Shown here piece after piece: positions 51,943 through 61,358 of a stretch of DNA of 64,000 nucleotides (the stretch's first letter is position 1; the number at the start of each line of letters is the position of its first letter). The notes beneath the pieces are model-generated. The model searched no databases and had not been told where the DNA came from. It saw nothing but the letters and a program-made list of their open reading frames with translations. The position numbers were made by a program, and so were the translations under genes. The stretch comes from an uncultured Ectothiorhodospiraceae bacterium (GTDB lineage Bacteria > Pseudomonadota > Gammaproteobacteria > UBA9214): NCBI GenBank assembly GCA_947258545.1, contig CAMYJI010000003.1:37231-101230 (forward strand), read 5' to 3'.

Positions 51943-52572
51943 CTAACGGGACAGCAGGGCAACCGACTCCTCCGTGTCAAGGAAGTCTGCAAGCACCTGC
52001 AGGGCGGCGGCAAATCCCTCCCCGGAAATAACACTGCCCTCCCGGTTCGCAATATCCAGGCCCGACTGGATAAAGATCTTGTTGTCCGACTTGCGCGTGA
52101 CGTAGCCATAAAAACGATAGTCCGTCGCGTTGCTAACCGGGTCCCGGTAATCGAGCAGCAGCATGCTGGCACGGATCCCATGGATGGCCTTGATCAGCAG
52201 GCGATGCGCAAGGGGCAAGCGATCACGGGGATTCACCGCCATCGGCCGCGGCGTGCCTGCCAGCCGGCACAGTTCCCCGTAGCGGGACTGCAGTGTCTCT
52301 ACGAAGTCACGCAGCTCGTAGACAGTAATCGCGAAGCCGTAGGAGTTGTAACTGATCCTGCTCTTGTAGGTGGCCTTCAGCCAGAGAACCGGTTTGCCGT
52401 CATTTTGATAAAGGTCGACGGAAATGGCCTCGCTGAAGAAACGCCTTCTCTGCTCGTAGACCACGCCCCACTCCCGGAGCGGCTCACCCAGGAAGACATC
52501 GGCCATTTTCTGCTTTACACCTTTAAGCAGTTTCTTGAGAAATGCCATCGCGATGTGCTTATTCCCGCTCAA
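51943..52572 (-). CDS. Hypothetical protein (209 aa)
   Basis: Clean ORF. No motif or family recognised. Confidence 0.5.
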   Translation of the reverse strand: MSGNKHIAMAFLKKLLKGVKQKMADVFLGEPLREWGVVYEQRRRFFSEAISVDLYQNDGKPVLWLKATYKSRISYNSYGFAITVYELRDFVETLQSRYGELCRLAGTPRPMAVNPRDRLPLAHRLLIKAIHGIRASMLLLDYRDPVSNATDYRFYGYVTRKSDNKIFIQSGLDIANREGSVISGEGFAAALQVLADFLDTEESVALLSR

Positions 52573-52768
52573 TAGGATTCACTGGAATACCCGCATCCGT
52601 CCCCCTATCATACCAGCCATCACCCGGGTCAACGCCGTTCCCTGCCGGCTGTCGTTATTGCAGGGCCCTGAATATACACCCTGATCAGCCATCAACCCTG
52701 CAGTGCAAAATTGCGTAAAATACCGCCGGGAAGTCTGAATTATAGCTCCACGGGATTACACACCAGTC

Positions 52769-53356
52769 ATGCCAGATTCAATACTCACCCTCATGGAACG
52801 TTACCAGATCAATGAACAGGACCTGTGGCTGGCGCTGGTTATACTGGCAATTATCACGGCGCCGTTGTTCCTGCTCCTCAAGCCCCTGCGCCACTGGCAT
52901 CAGGAGCGCCAGATCCGAAGAGCCCTGAAGCGGCTCGGTGTCAAGGGCATGCACAATATCAGCCTGCCCGACGGCCTCGGCAGTGAGGTCATGATTGACA
53001 ACCTGCTGCTGGCGGCCGACGCAATCCTCGTTGTCGACGTGAAGCGTTTTGACGGACTGATTTTCGGCGGCAGCAAGACCGACATCTGGACCCAGGTGAT
53101 CAACAAACGCAGCTACAAGTTTCCCAATCCCGATCAACATCTCAAGATACAGGTCGCTGCTGTCAGGATCATCGTGCCTCGAGTACCGGTCAGGGGCCTG
53201 CACCTGTTTACCCATAACGCAAGGTTTCCCAAGGGCAAGCCACCCAGCGTGTTGCAGCTGGCGGACATTCGCAAACAACCTCGCCGGCCCAGGCTGAATG
53301 ACATCCCCAGGGAGTTGCTTACGGCCTGGGAGGAACTCGGCGCATCATTGTCGTGA
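52769..53356 (+). CDS. NERD (nuclease-related) domain protein, membrane-anchored
   Basis: N-terminal TM segment (LWLALVILAIITAPLFLLL), then the segment HNISLPDG followed by IDNLLLAADAILVVDVKRFDGLIFG, typical of NERD. Confidence 0.78.
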   Translation: MPDSILTLMERYQINEQDLWLALVILAIITAPLFLLLKPLRHWHQERQIRRALKRLGVKGMHNISLPDGLGSEVMIDNLLLAADAILVVDVKRFDGLIFGGSKTDIWTQVINKRSYKFPNPDQHLKIQVAAVRIIVPRVPVRGLHLFTHNARFPKGKPPSVLQLADIRKQPRRPRLNDIPRELLTAWEELGASLS

Positions 53357-53465
53357 GCCATTACCCGGGTCAAACCGCCATCCGGAAACTCCAGGCCTGA
53401 ATCATTGGGTGTTAGCCTTTCAGGCACTGCTCTGTCAGCCGGACGGGGCGGTCATGACACCTGAC

Positions 53466-54026
53466 TCAGCCGTTGCGGGCCGGGTTCATGTGCTGCAGTT
53501 CATCAAGACCCGGCCCGCTCAAGCGCCAGGCCTGGGCGAAACCGCGCACGTAGGTCCCGCTCACCGGTGTCAGGCAGATCAGTTGAAAGTCAGGCAGATT
53601 CCGCAGTGTCTCCACGATAGTCCCGAAGCGTCGTCTAAATTCCTGCATGATGTCATTGAAACGCTGGCTGTCCCGTTCGACCCCGCTAACCTGGCACTGG
53701 TAACTCAGGCGTTCACGGGCGAAGGCATTGGGTGCAGACTGTTCCTCCTGTATCAATAGCACCCCGGCCTGCGGGCTCGACCCGAGGTTTGAGGTATGCC
53801 GCGACAGTGCGCTGACATAGATATAAAACTCGCCTGCATCCCCCACGACCATTGGCATGGCGCTGGCCTCAGGTACACCCGTGGATGAGACAGTTGCGAG
53901 AAATAGACTGTTAAATCCAGCCCGAAAAGCCCGCATCTCTTCGCGGAGACGACTGAGTGAAGTGGTATCCTTGCGCATAGATCCTCCATCCTGACGGGTG
54001 TGATTACTGACTGGTGATACTGGCAC
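53466..54026 (-). CDS. Pyridoxamine 5'-phosphate oxidase-like / HugZ-like FMN-binding fold protein
   Basis: The segment LATVSSTGVPEASAMPMV followed by YIYVSALSRHTSNL resembles the PNPOx-like split-barrel family. Alternative start at 53978. Confidence 0.65.
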   Translation of the reverse strand: MPVSPVSNHTRQDGGSMRKDTTSLSRLREEMRAFRAGFNSLFLATVSSTGVPEASAMPMVVGDAGEFYIYVSALSRHTSNLGSSPQAGVLLIQEEQSAPNAFARERLSYQCQVSGVERDSQRFNDIMQEFRRRFGTIVETLRNLPDFQLICLTPVSGTYVRGFAQAWRLSGPGLDELQHMNPARNG

Positions 54027-54136
54027 AAGCCGCCATCTCGCACAAAACCCGCCCCTGTGTCATTGCTCTTACCCTTATATAAATAATCAGCGTCCCGTCG
54101 TGGCCGTGGGGCCGGATTGCGATTACACTTGCCGCC

Positions 54137-55084
54137 ATGAAGGAGACCCTGAAAGATGCCATTCATCGCCAGCGGCTCATGCAGGCGGATTTGCTGTCCG
54201 CACCGCTGGCCGATCTGGCCGGAAAGTGTGCGGACGTATGGGGTAAGCGCGAGCAACTCGACATCGTGCTCAGCGACGGGTTCCACAGCGTGCCGCACTG
54301 CCTGTTCCTGTATACGCTCGATACCAACGGCATCCAGATAAGCGACAACGTCAGCAGCACCGGACTGCTGCCCGAACACTACGGGCGCGACCGCTCACGA
54401 CGACCCTACATGCGCGAGACCGTCCCGTCCTGGGGCTTTCTGCTATCCGATGCCTACCTCAGCCTGCGCGCCAACCGGCCCTCGCTGACGGCCCTGCAGG
54501 TGGTTCGTCGGGGTGATAACATGCTTGGCTTCCTGGGCGCCGACTTCGACCTGCGCGACCTGCCGGTCACCGCAGATCGCTACGAGGAGTCCAGCGACTG
54601 GCGCCAGATCAAGGGTGACCCGGCCATCCGCGGCACGGTCTTCCAGCAGTGCCGCATCGACAGCCTGATGGACCGCAACATGGACCCGGCCATAGCCATC
54701 CTCGAGGAGTTGCTGACCGAGCGGGGTATGTTCCAGGGTGTGATCCATTTCTCCAGCAGTCGTGTCACCATCTGGCTGATGGAAGACCCGTTCCGTTACC
54801 GCATCCTCGACCACGAAGCGCTCAGTGATCCGGATGTCTGTATGCTCTATACACGCAGGCCCTACCCCGAGGATGCGCTTATTCCCCAGGGACAGATCGG
54901 CCCTATTCTGAACGGCATGCGCCTGTTACGGGTGGCAGACGAGACGCTCTACCTGCGCTCGGCCTCGATCAATATCTTCAATGGAATGATCAGCCTGACT
55001 TTCTCCTGTGACGGCACGCACTACATGTCGTGGCGCGAGTTCCTCGACAAGGACATGTCGTTCTGGGTGGGCAATGCGGCGTAG
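54137..55084 (+). CDS. Cytoplasmic PDC/Cache-like domain protein
   Basis: The segment RRPYMRETVPSWGFLLSDAYLS, then SLTALQVV and LGFLGADFDLRDL, resembles a single-Cache/PDC sensor fold. No TM or output domain seen. Confidence 0.55.
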   Translation: MKETLKDAIHRQRLMQADLLSAPLADLAGKCADVWGKREQLDIVLSDGFHSVPHCLFLYTLDTNGIQISDNVSSTGLLPEHYGRDRSRRPYMRETVPSWGFLLSDAYLSLRANRPSLTALQVVRRGDNMLGFLGADFDLRDLPVTADRYEESSDWRQIKGDPAIRGTVFQQCRIDSLMDRNMDPAIAILEELLTERGMFQGVIHFSSSRVTIWLMEDPFRYRILDHEALSDPDVCMLYTRRPYPEDALIPQGQIGPILNGMRLLRVADETLYLRSASINIFNGMISLTFSCDGTHYMSWREFLDKDMSFWVGNAA

Positions 55085-55116
55085 AGGACGGGCCCGCTCG
55101 AACCGGATCTGCCCGC

Positions 55117-57102
55117 CTACCCTTCCTCGTAGCGCGAGGTATTGAATTTCCGGCTGAAAATTTCATAGATTTCGGCCAGTGTGCGGGGCTTGCTGTTCCG
55201 GCTGCGGAAAATGCTCTGGTTGCGGCTCGCCGCACCTGGGAAAATATCTCGCGCGATCTTGTCGGGGTCCTCGTAGAGGGCCTTCAGAAACGAAATCGCA
55301 CCTGACGCGCCCAGGAAGTGCGTCAGGTAAAGTTCGGTGCGGCCCGGCTTGCGGTCAAGTGAGAACACCAGCCTTCGCATGTTCTTCTTGACATACTCGG
55401 CCGCCAGCAATGCGGCTATTCTCGGGTTGTGGCGCAGATTGAGCACGTGCTGGTGCACGGCCGGATCACTGATGACTGACTGCGCCTTGCCCTGGCTATC
55501 AACAATCCGTTCGATCTGTGATGCATACATACCCATCCCGTACTTGTCTCCATAGTCTTTGACGACCTCGAGCCATGTCCCGGTCTTGAACTGATACAAC
55601 CCCGCGGCTGAAGAAGTCTTTGCTCTGGATGCAGGATTAAAGCTGCTCTCGACATTGGCGAGTTCCATCAGAAAGGAAAAATCCACATCCGTGTGTATGC
55701 TACCCAGGCGGATTGCAGCCAACACCCCGCTGTTGATGTGATACGTCTTTTCATCCTCCCGAGCCTGGTCGGCGAACTTTTCTATCAGTCGTGTCAGTTG
55801 ATCATCGTCCGGGATTTCCTGCTTAGCCGATAACGGCAGGTACAACAACCTGAATTCCTCAAGCGCCCTTTCTGTCCGCTTATCCTTCAAGCCGTCTGCA
55901 TGCAAACGGCCAAGATTGAAGCCGAGCGTTATCAGGTCAGCCTGTTGTTCCTTGACCTCCGGGTCAAACACAGGCTTCCCGGGAGTCTCCACTGACGGCG
56001 TATCCTCCATCAGCAATAGCGGCCCCGACTTGTCATAGGCAGGCCGCTTGCCCGGCTTGCGCACCACGCGCGCGGCAACCGGCCCGGGCACCGGGGCCTC
56101 CTTGCTTACTTCCTCCTTCACGGTCCCGACATCAGGCACGGTCCCGACATCAGGCACGGCCCCGGCATCAGGCTCGTAGGCATTTGCGGTTACCTTGTTC
56201 AGCGCCTCCATCAGTCCCGTCAGGACCTCGTTCTGGTGGTTGAACTGCTGCTCCATGGATACCCGCATGTCCCGGATACCCAGGTTGAACTCCGCGAGTT
56301 CACCACTGTCTTCCTGGAAGCCCTGTATCGCTACGGCACCGACCAGGGTACCGCACAGAAAAAGTAAACCGGCAGCGGCCGCTATCCCCAACACCGGCCG
56401 TTTCGGTCTGGCGGTCGCCGCCTGCATGGCCTCCAGCAACTGCCGGCCGACCTCGCTGAATGCCTTTGCCTGGTCTGACTGCAGCGACAGCAGGTTTTGC
56501 TGTTCGGACTGCAACAGGGTAAGCGTTTCCCGGGTCAGGCCCAGGCTGGACTCATGTTGCTGGCGCTCCTGATCCAGCTTGCTCTCCAGCGTCATCAGCT
56601 GTTGTTCAGTGCCTGCCTGACGCTGCGAGGCCTGTTCCAGGGAGGACTCAAGCAACTGTATCTGGCTGCGCTCCTGCTCCAGGCTGTTTTCCAGCGACCT
56701 GAGCTGCTGTTCGGTGTCTGCCTGGCGCTGCGTGGCCTGTTGCAGCGACTCCTCCAGCAGCCGCGCCTGGCTGCGCTCCTGCTCCAGGCTGTTTTCCAGC
56801 GACCTGAGCTGCTGATCGGTGCCTGCCTGGCGCTGCGAGGCCTGTTCCAGGGAGGACTCGAGCAGCTGCACCTGGTGGCGTGCCGCGCTGTGTTCGAATT
56901 GAATATTGCCTAGTTGCTGTCGCAGATCGGTGATCTGCTGTGCGTCTTTGCTGAGGGTACTCTGGAGTTCATGGCGCACGCTCTCAAGGTCTGCGGACAG
57001 GGCCTGGTTCTCCCCCTGTGCGGCAGACAGTTCGCGTTCCAGCGCGGCCTTCCTTGGAAAGGCATGCTGTTTTATTGTTTGTAAGGTTTTTTGCCAGTCC
57101 AT
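55117..57102 (-). CDS. Coiled-coil / single-TM / PG-binding / SLT-like transglycosylase protein
   Basis: The N-terminal ~230 aa is a Gln/Leu/Glu coiled coil with repeats, followed by a TM segment (LGIAAAAGLLFLCGTLVGAVAI). Next come a PG_binding_1-like segment (LITLGFNLGRLHADG...ERALEEF) and an SLT-like motif (ELANVESSFNP...AAGLYQF). Confidence 0.8.
   Translation of the reverse strand: MDWQKTLQTIKQHAFPRKAALERELSAAQGENQALSADLESVRHELQSTLSKDAQQITDLRQQLGNIQFEHSAARHQVQLLESSLEQASQRQAGTDQQLRSLENSLEQERSQARLLEESLQQATQRQADTEQQLRSLENSLEQERSQIQLLESSLEQASQRQAGTEQQLMTLESKLDQERQQHESSLGLTRETLTLLQSEQQNLLSLQSDQAKAFSEVGRQLLEAMQAATARPKRPVLGIAAAAGLLFLCGTLVGAVAIQGFQEDSGELAEFNLGIRDMRVSMEQQFNHQNEVLTGLMEALNKVTANAYEPDAGAVPDVGTVPDVGTVKEEVSKEAPVPGPVAARVVRKPGKRPAYDKSGPLLLMEDTPSVETPGKPVFDPEVKEQQADLITLGFNLGRLHADGLKDKRTERALEEFRLLYLPLSAKQEIPDDDQLTRLIEKFADQAREDEKTYHINSGVLAAIRLGSIHTDVDFSFLMELANVESSFNPASRAKTSSAAGLYQFKTGTWLEVVKDYGDKYGMGMYASQIERIVDSQGKAQSVISDPAVHQHVLNLRHNPRIAALLAAEYVKKNMRRLVFSLDRKPGRTELYLTHFLGASGAISFLKALYEDPDKIARDIFPGAASRNQSIFRSRNSKPRTLAEIYEIFSRKFNTSRYEEG
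56121..56174 (-). repeat. 18-bp tandem repeat x3
   Basis: CGGTCCCGACATCAGGCA occurs at 56121 and 56139, with a variant at 56157. It encodes (VPDVGT)n. Confidence 0.8.
56563..56877 (-). repeat. 105-bp in-frame tandem repeat, about 3 copies
   Basis: Near-identical units begin at 56668 and 56773, with a more diverged copy at ~56563. Each is 35 aa, reading LEQERSQ-x-LLE(S/E)SL(E/Q)QA(S/T)QRQA(G/D)T(D/E)QQLRSLENS. Confidence 0.8.
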
Positions 57103-57427
57103 CGTTGTTGTAATGCACTTATTGTTCTTGTTAAGCGACTGTTATTATTGCTGCCACTTATTATACTTACATAAGCGATCAGCGCGAACCTCTACCCCGG
57201 CACCCGGGTGCCGGGCCCACAGCAGCGCGCTATCCCGTTTATATTCCTATGAAAACACGGGTCCTGTCCATAGGACCAAGGTCGTAGACACACCCATTCT
57301 CGCAGCGGATCCGCAGCGTGTTTTCCGTTTAAAAACAGAATTCAATTGTGATCTGCCGGCGTTTTTGTTATGTGATTGATAGTGTATTGAAATCATCCTC
57401 ACCGACCGCTCAATCTGGAGGTGTCCC
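57103..57427. other. AT-rich intergenic region
   Basis: Markedly A/T-rich relative to its flanks. Lies between divergent genes and presumably contains promoters. Confidence 0.5.
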
Positions 57428-58033
57428 GTGCCCGATCCAGTACTGTCAGTCCGCGACAGAACGGATGCGCCCGCTGCGGTTGATTTCATCCTCGACAAGC
57501 TGGCTGTCTACGACACCTGCCTGCTGGACTGGATTCGCATTTATCCCATGACCGAGGAACAACACAAGCCCCGGATCAACGGTGAGTGTCCACCGGCCAC
57601 CCTGAGTATCTGCTGGCCACCGCGGGAGCGGTACGTCGAGGCCGGGCCGCCACTGCCCCGGCATAAGTATCGGATCAAGGTAAATGTCTGGCAGGGAGTG
57701 GATTATCCGGCCCTGGAGCGCGACTGGGGCCGGGTACCGGCACGCCCCCTGCGGCGCCGGCGCGGCATGAAACCACGTTTCACCACCCGGGGGATATGCG
57801 AGTGGCAGCATCCGGACAGGCTGTCGGCGACAGTGCATGCCCTGGCACGGGCGATCTTCCTGTTTCTGGCCGACACCCGGCAGACCGATCAGCATCCCAG
57901 CAACAGCAACGCCAGTGCGTGGGGACACCGCTGGTCAGTGGAATGGCTGCACGCCAACGGGCAAACGTCAGCCGCCGAGGCACTGGCCGCACAGCTGGTG
58001 AAGTGGTACCTGATCCAGAGCAAAGGGACATGA
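57428..58033 (+). CDS. Hypothetical protein (201 aa)
   Basis: GTG start 6 nt after GGAGG. No family recognised, and coding status is uncertain. Confidence 0.45.
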   Translation: MPDPVLSVRDRTDAPAAVDFILDKLAVYDTCLLDWIRIYPMTEEQHKPRINGECPPATLSICWPPRERYVEAGPPLPRHKYRIKVNVWQGVDYPALERDWGRVPARPLRRRRGMKPRFTTRGICEWQHPDRLSATVHALARAIFLFLADTRQTDQHPSNSNASAWGHRWSVEWLHANGQTSAAEALAAQLVKWYLIQSKGT

Positions 58034-58099
58034 CCCGAATACCGGCAGCACACAACGGCGCCAGCCCAACTCCAGCCCGATTGACAGAGTGGAGATGAG

Positions 58100-58603
58100 A
58101 TGCTGAGCAGGTACTGGTTGATTGCCCTGGCCGGCGTGGTTGCCTTGATTGCAATACCGCTGTTTCTCGATACTGATGAGGAGGAAATCCTCGAACAGCT
58201 CGAGCGAATACGCAGCCTGGCAGAGATCACTTCTTCCGAGAGCGGCATTCAGCAGCTCACCAGGACCCGGGAGATTGCACGGCATTTCAGTGCCCACACG
58301 GTCTATGATCTGACCAGTGCCGGTTATGGCATCATCGAAATCCCCAGCCATCAGGAACTGGAGCAGAAAATCCTCAGCGGACGCACCAGGATCAGCGCCC
58401 TGGAACTCAGCCTGGATGAACCCGTGGTGCACATCGAGGGCAGCACGGCCAGGATCACTGTCAGGGGCACCGCCCTGGGGTCGATCCGGGGCGAACAGGG
58501 CCAGTTCCTCGATATTCACACCATCGAGGTGCTGCTCGACAAGGCGGACGGCGACTGGCTGGTCAGCGGCGCCCGGCACCTGCGTGATGAACGACAGCAA
58601 TGA
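58100..58603 (+). CDS. Hypothetical membrane-anchored protein
   Basis: GGAGA SD and an N-terminal TM segment (YWLIALAGVVALIAIPLF). The alpha+beta-looking C-terminus is possibly NTF2/SnoaL-like, but that is a guess. Confidence 0.55.
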   Translation: MLSRYWLIALAGVVALIAIPLFLDTDEEEILEQLERIRSLAEITSSESGIQQLTRTREIARHFSAHTVYDLTSAGYGIIEIPSHQELEQKILSGRTRISALELSLDEPVVHIEGSTARITVRGTALGSIRGEQGQFLDIHTIEVLLDKADGDWLVSGARHLRDERQQ

Positions 58604-58609
58604 CAGTCG

Positions 58610-59947
58610 TTATGTGAAGCTGTCTGCCGTAATGCTCTGGTACCAGCCAACCGCATAGCGGGCCTCATCACGCCGGAATTCCGCATCGGCATCCTTGGGA
58701 CTGACACCACCGGCACCCTCGACCTTCTTGATCTCACCATCAACCAGCCGGTAGACGGCCGCCACCGAGATCCCGTAGTCCGGTGCGACCAGGCTGTAAC
58801 AGGTGTTCACATAAGAGGGGTCCGGCATCTCGATGCCGTGAAATTTCGCCGCCAGTCCTGCCGCGCAGACCTTGCCCTGGCTGTTTGCCGCAAACCCCGA
58901 TTTGGGCATCTGCCCGGCCACGCTGGCATCGCCGATCACGTACACATCCTTGTGCATGTTTGATTCGAATGTACGCTGATCGACTGGACACCAGCCGTCG
59001 CTGTTGGCCAGACCGGAATTGCGCGCGATGCTGCCGGCCATCTGCGGCGGGATGTAATTGATCACGTCTGCCGTGTGGGGCTTGTCGAAACTGCTGTACA
59101 AGGTGCGAGACTGTGTATCTATTCGCCCGATGCCACCCCAGTCCGAGCCGCTGACCCATTCAATCATGCCCGGATACACGGCCTCCCAGCCCTGCATGAA
59201 CAGCGGCTGCTTGGAAAATTTATCCTTGGCATCCAGCATCAGTATCTTCGAACGGGGTTTGTGCGTTTTCAAATAATGGGCGATCAGGCTGGCGCGCTCA
59301 TAGGGCCCGGGCGGACAGCGGAACGGATTGCCGGGCGGCGCGATGATCACCACCCCCCCGTCTTCCATGGCCACCAGCTGCCGTCCCAGGATCTGTGTCT
59401 GGTTACCGGCCTGCCAGGCATGGGGAATCATTTCAGCGGCACTCTCGTCATAGCCTTCCACGGCATCCCAGCGGAAATCGATCCCCGGCGAGAGCACCAG
59501 GGCATCATAGTCCACGCTGTTGCCAGCTTGCAGGCTTATACGTTTCGCCACCGGATCGATATCGGATACCGTGTCATGGACTACATTGATCGCATAGCGC
59601 TCCGACAGGGTCTCGTAGCCATGCGAGATGTAGTCCATCCCGTTCATGCCACCCAGCACCGTGTTACTGAATGGGCAGGTGTAAAAACGCCGGGAGGGTT
59701 CGATGAGGGTGACTTGAACGTCGGCGGCAAAACGGCGCAGGTACTTGGCGCAACTGGCACCGCCGAAGCCGCCACCGACAATCACCGCGCGTGCCTTTGC
59801 CTTGACCTGCGGTTGCTTTCCGGTATCAAGTGATTGCTTTTCGGTATCGCCGCACCCGGCCAGTGACCAGGCCAGTCCATTGAGGGCCGAAAAGGCACCG
59901 GCCCCGCCCATCAGCCTGATGAAACGTCTGCGTGAAATCCCGTTCAT
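58610..59947 (-). CDS. fccB: Flavocytochrome c sulfide dehydrogenase, flavoprotein subunit
   Basis: Tat motif SRRRFIRL, FAD fold AVIVGGGFGGASCAKYL, and the PPGNPFRCPPGPYERA motif typical of FccB/SoxF. A lipobox-like LAGC follows the Tat signal. Confidence 0.88.
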   Translation of the reverse strand: MNGISRRRFIRLMGGAGAFSALNGLAWSLAGCGDTEKQSLDTGKQPQVKAKARAVIVGGGFGGASCAKYLRRFAADVQVTLIEPSRRFYTCPFSNTVLGGMNGMDYISHGYETLSERYAINVVHDTVSDIDPVAKRISLQAGNSVDYDALVLSPGIDFRWDAVEGYDESAAEMIPHAWQAGNQTQILGRQLVAMEDGGVVIIAPPGNPFRCPPGPYERASLIAHYLKTHKPRSKILMLDAKDKFSKQPLFMQGWEAVYPGMIEWVSGSDWGGIGRIDTQSRTLYSSFDKPHTADVINYIPPQMAGSIARNSGLANSDGWCPVDQRTFESNMHKDVYVIGDASVAGQMPKSGFAANSQGKVCAAGLAAKFHGIEMPDPSYVNTCYSLVAPDYGISVAAVYRLVDGEIKKVEGAGGVSPKDADAEFRRDEARYAVGWYQSITADSFT

Positions 59948-59957
59948 GACGGACCTC

Positions 59958-60275
59958 CTAGTTGGGGGCGGCGAAGAATTCCGCGATCAGGCGGATTTCC
60001 TCTTCCGTATAGCCCTTTGTGTGACGCCCCATGACGGTGCCGGGACGCTCGCCGGAGCGGAATTCCAACAGGGCTTTCTCGATGTAGAGCACCGACTTGC
60101 CGGCAATGCTGGGAATCTCGCCCGGACTGTTGCCATCGGTACCATGACAGCCGGCGCAGGAATTGCTCAGCATGGCACCCCGACTGAGCTCGACCGAAGC
60201 CGCCTGGCCAGTGGAGGCCAGAAGCCCTGCGAGAATAATCACTTCCAAGAAATGGATTGAGAATACACGTGGCAC
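59958..60275 (-). CDS. fccA: Monohaem cytochrome c subunit of flavocytochrome c
   Basis: Signal peptide and a single CAGCH motif. Lies immediately upstream of fccB, whose SD AGGAGG sits in the 10-nt gap. GTG start follows GGAGGGGG. Confidence 0.78.
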   Translation of the reverse strand: MPRVFSIHFLEVIILAGLLASTGQAASVELSRGAMLSNSCAGCHGTDGNSPGEIPSIAGKSVLYIEKALLEFRSGERPGTVMGRHTKGYTEEEIRLIAEFFAAPN

Positions 60276-60518
60276 GATTCACCCCCTCCAATGCTGTAAT
60301 CGTCAAGACACAGATGCGTCCTTGTGAAGCAGGCAGGCTGCGTTGCACCGGGAATTCAATGCAAGCATCAATTGTAAATATATAGACCCCAATGCGGCAC
60401 ATTTCCAGCGAGACAAGAATAGGGGACATTCTGGTCTGTCCTGGCGGGTACCAATCACGCCGGGCATGACCGCCCCCCTCATCCAGGCCGGCAGATCCTG
60501 CCAGCCGCCTCGACAGGT

Positions 60519-60779
60519 CTACCTCAGCAACGGGTGGTCCTTGGGCAGCTGTCTGGCGGCCCACATGGCAAGCCGGTGGCGCATGGACTTCTGCGACACC
60601 TGTTCCTCGGGCATCGGCTGTATCACCTTGTCGTGGACCAGCAAGCGATAGATGTATTCGATTTTATCTTTTGCCGAATCGGTCGGCTCGAACTTCACGA
60701 CACCGCGTTTCTCGCCGTATTCCACACCGGCCCGAATCGCCTCCTTGACCAGCTCCGCTTCATTCTTGAGTTTTTTCAT
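60519..60779 (-). CDS. DUF5062-like small protein
   Basis: 86 aa starting at MKKLKNEAELVKEAI. The segments IYRLLVHDKVIQP and QLPKDHPLL match my recollection of DUF5062. Confidence 0.55.
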   Translation of the reverse strand: MKKLKNEAELVKEAIRAGVEYGEKRGVVKFEPTDSAKDKIEYIYRLLVHDKVIQPMPEEQVSQKSMRHRLAMWAARQLPKDHPLLR

Positions 60780-60927
60780 AGCGCAACCCCAGGTTGGACG
60801 TGACGAATTGACAAGTGACAAGCCATACCCGCCAGACAGTGCTTGTCGCTTAACCATGATATTGAGTTTCCCGGACAAAAGTATTCCAGAATATAAATAG
60901 ATAGACGCAGAAACCCTGGAATTAAAT

Positions 60928-61218
60928 TCACAGCGCGCCCGGCCATAGCTGCAGACCCAAGCGTATGAAGTTGGCCGCCAGTATCAGATTACCGATCAGT
61001 AGAACAATTGCAATTATCTCAATACCCTGCTTCACCAGGTCACGCACACAGATACCGGCAGCGATGGCGGTGACCAGAAAACCGAACTCGGCCATCAACA
61101 ATCCGGTTAGCAGGGGCAGCTTGTATCCGGCTGCGCCGTCAGGAGTACCGTAGCGCATCAACACCAGGCTGAGTATCAGCCCCAGGCCCAATGCAATCCA
61201 GGGATAGGATCGTTTCAT
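60928..61218 (-). CDS. Hypothetical small membrane protein
   Basis: 96 aa with 3 hydrophobic spans. Confidence 0.5.
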   Translation of the reverse strand: MKRSYPWIALGLGLILSLVLMRYGTPDGAAGYKLPLLTGLLMAEFGFLVTAIAAGICVRDLVKQGIEIIAIVLLIGNLILAANFIRLGLQLWPGAL

Positions 61219-61358
61219 GCTTCAGACGCCATAGACGTTGTCAGGGTTTAAAGGTGACAATCTGGTTATTCAAGATCGACATAAATAGTAGTAAAAAAAT
61301 CAGAAGGTCCCCTTCCCTCCTTTCACAGGCCTGTGATGATAACAGGAACGGGACCTGA

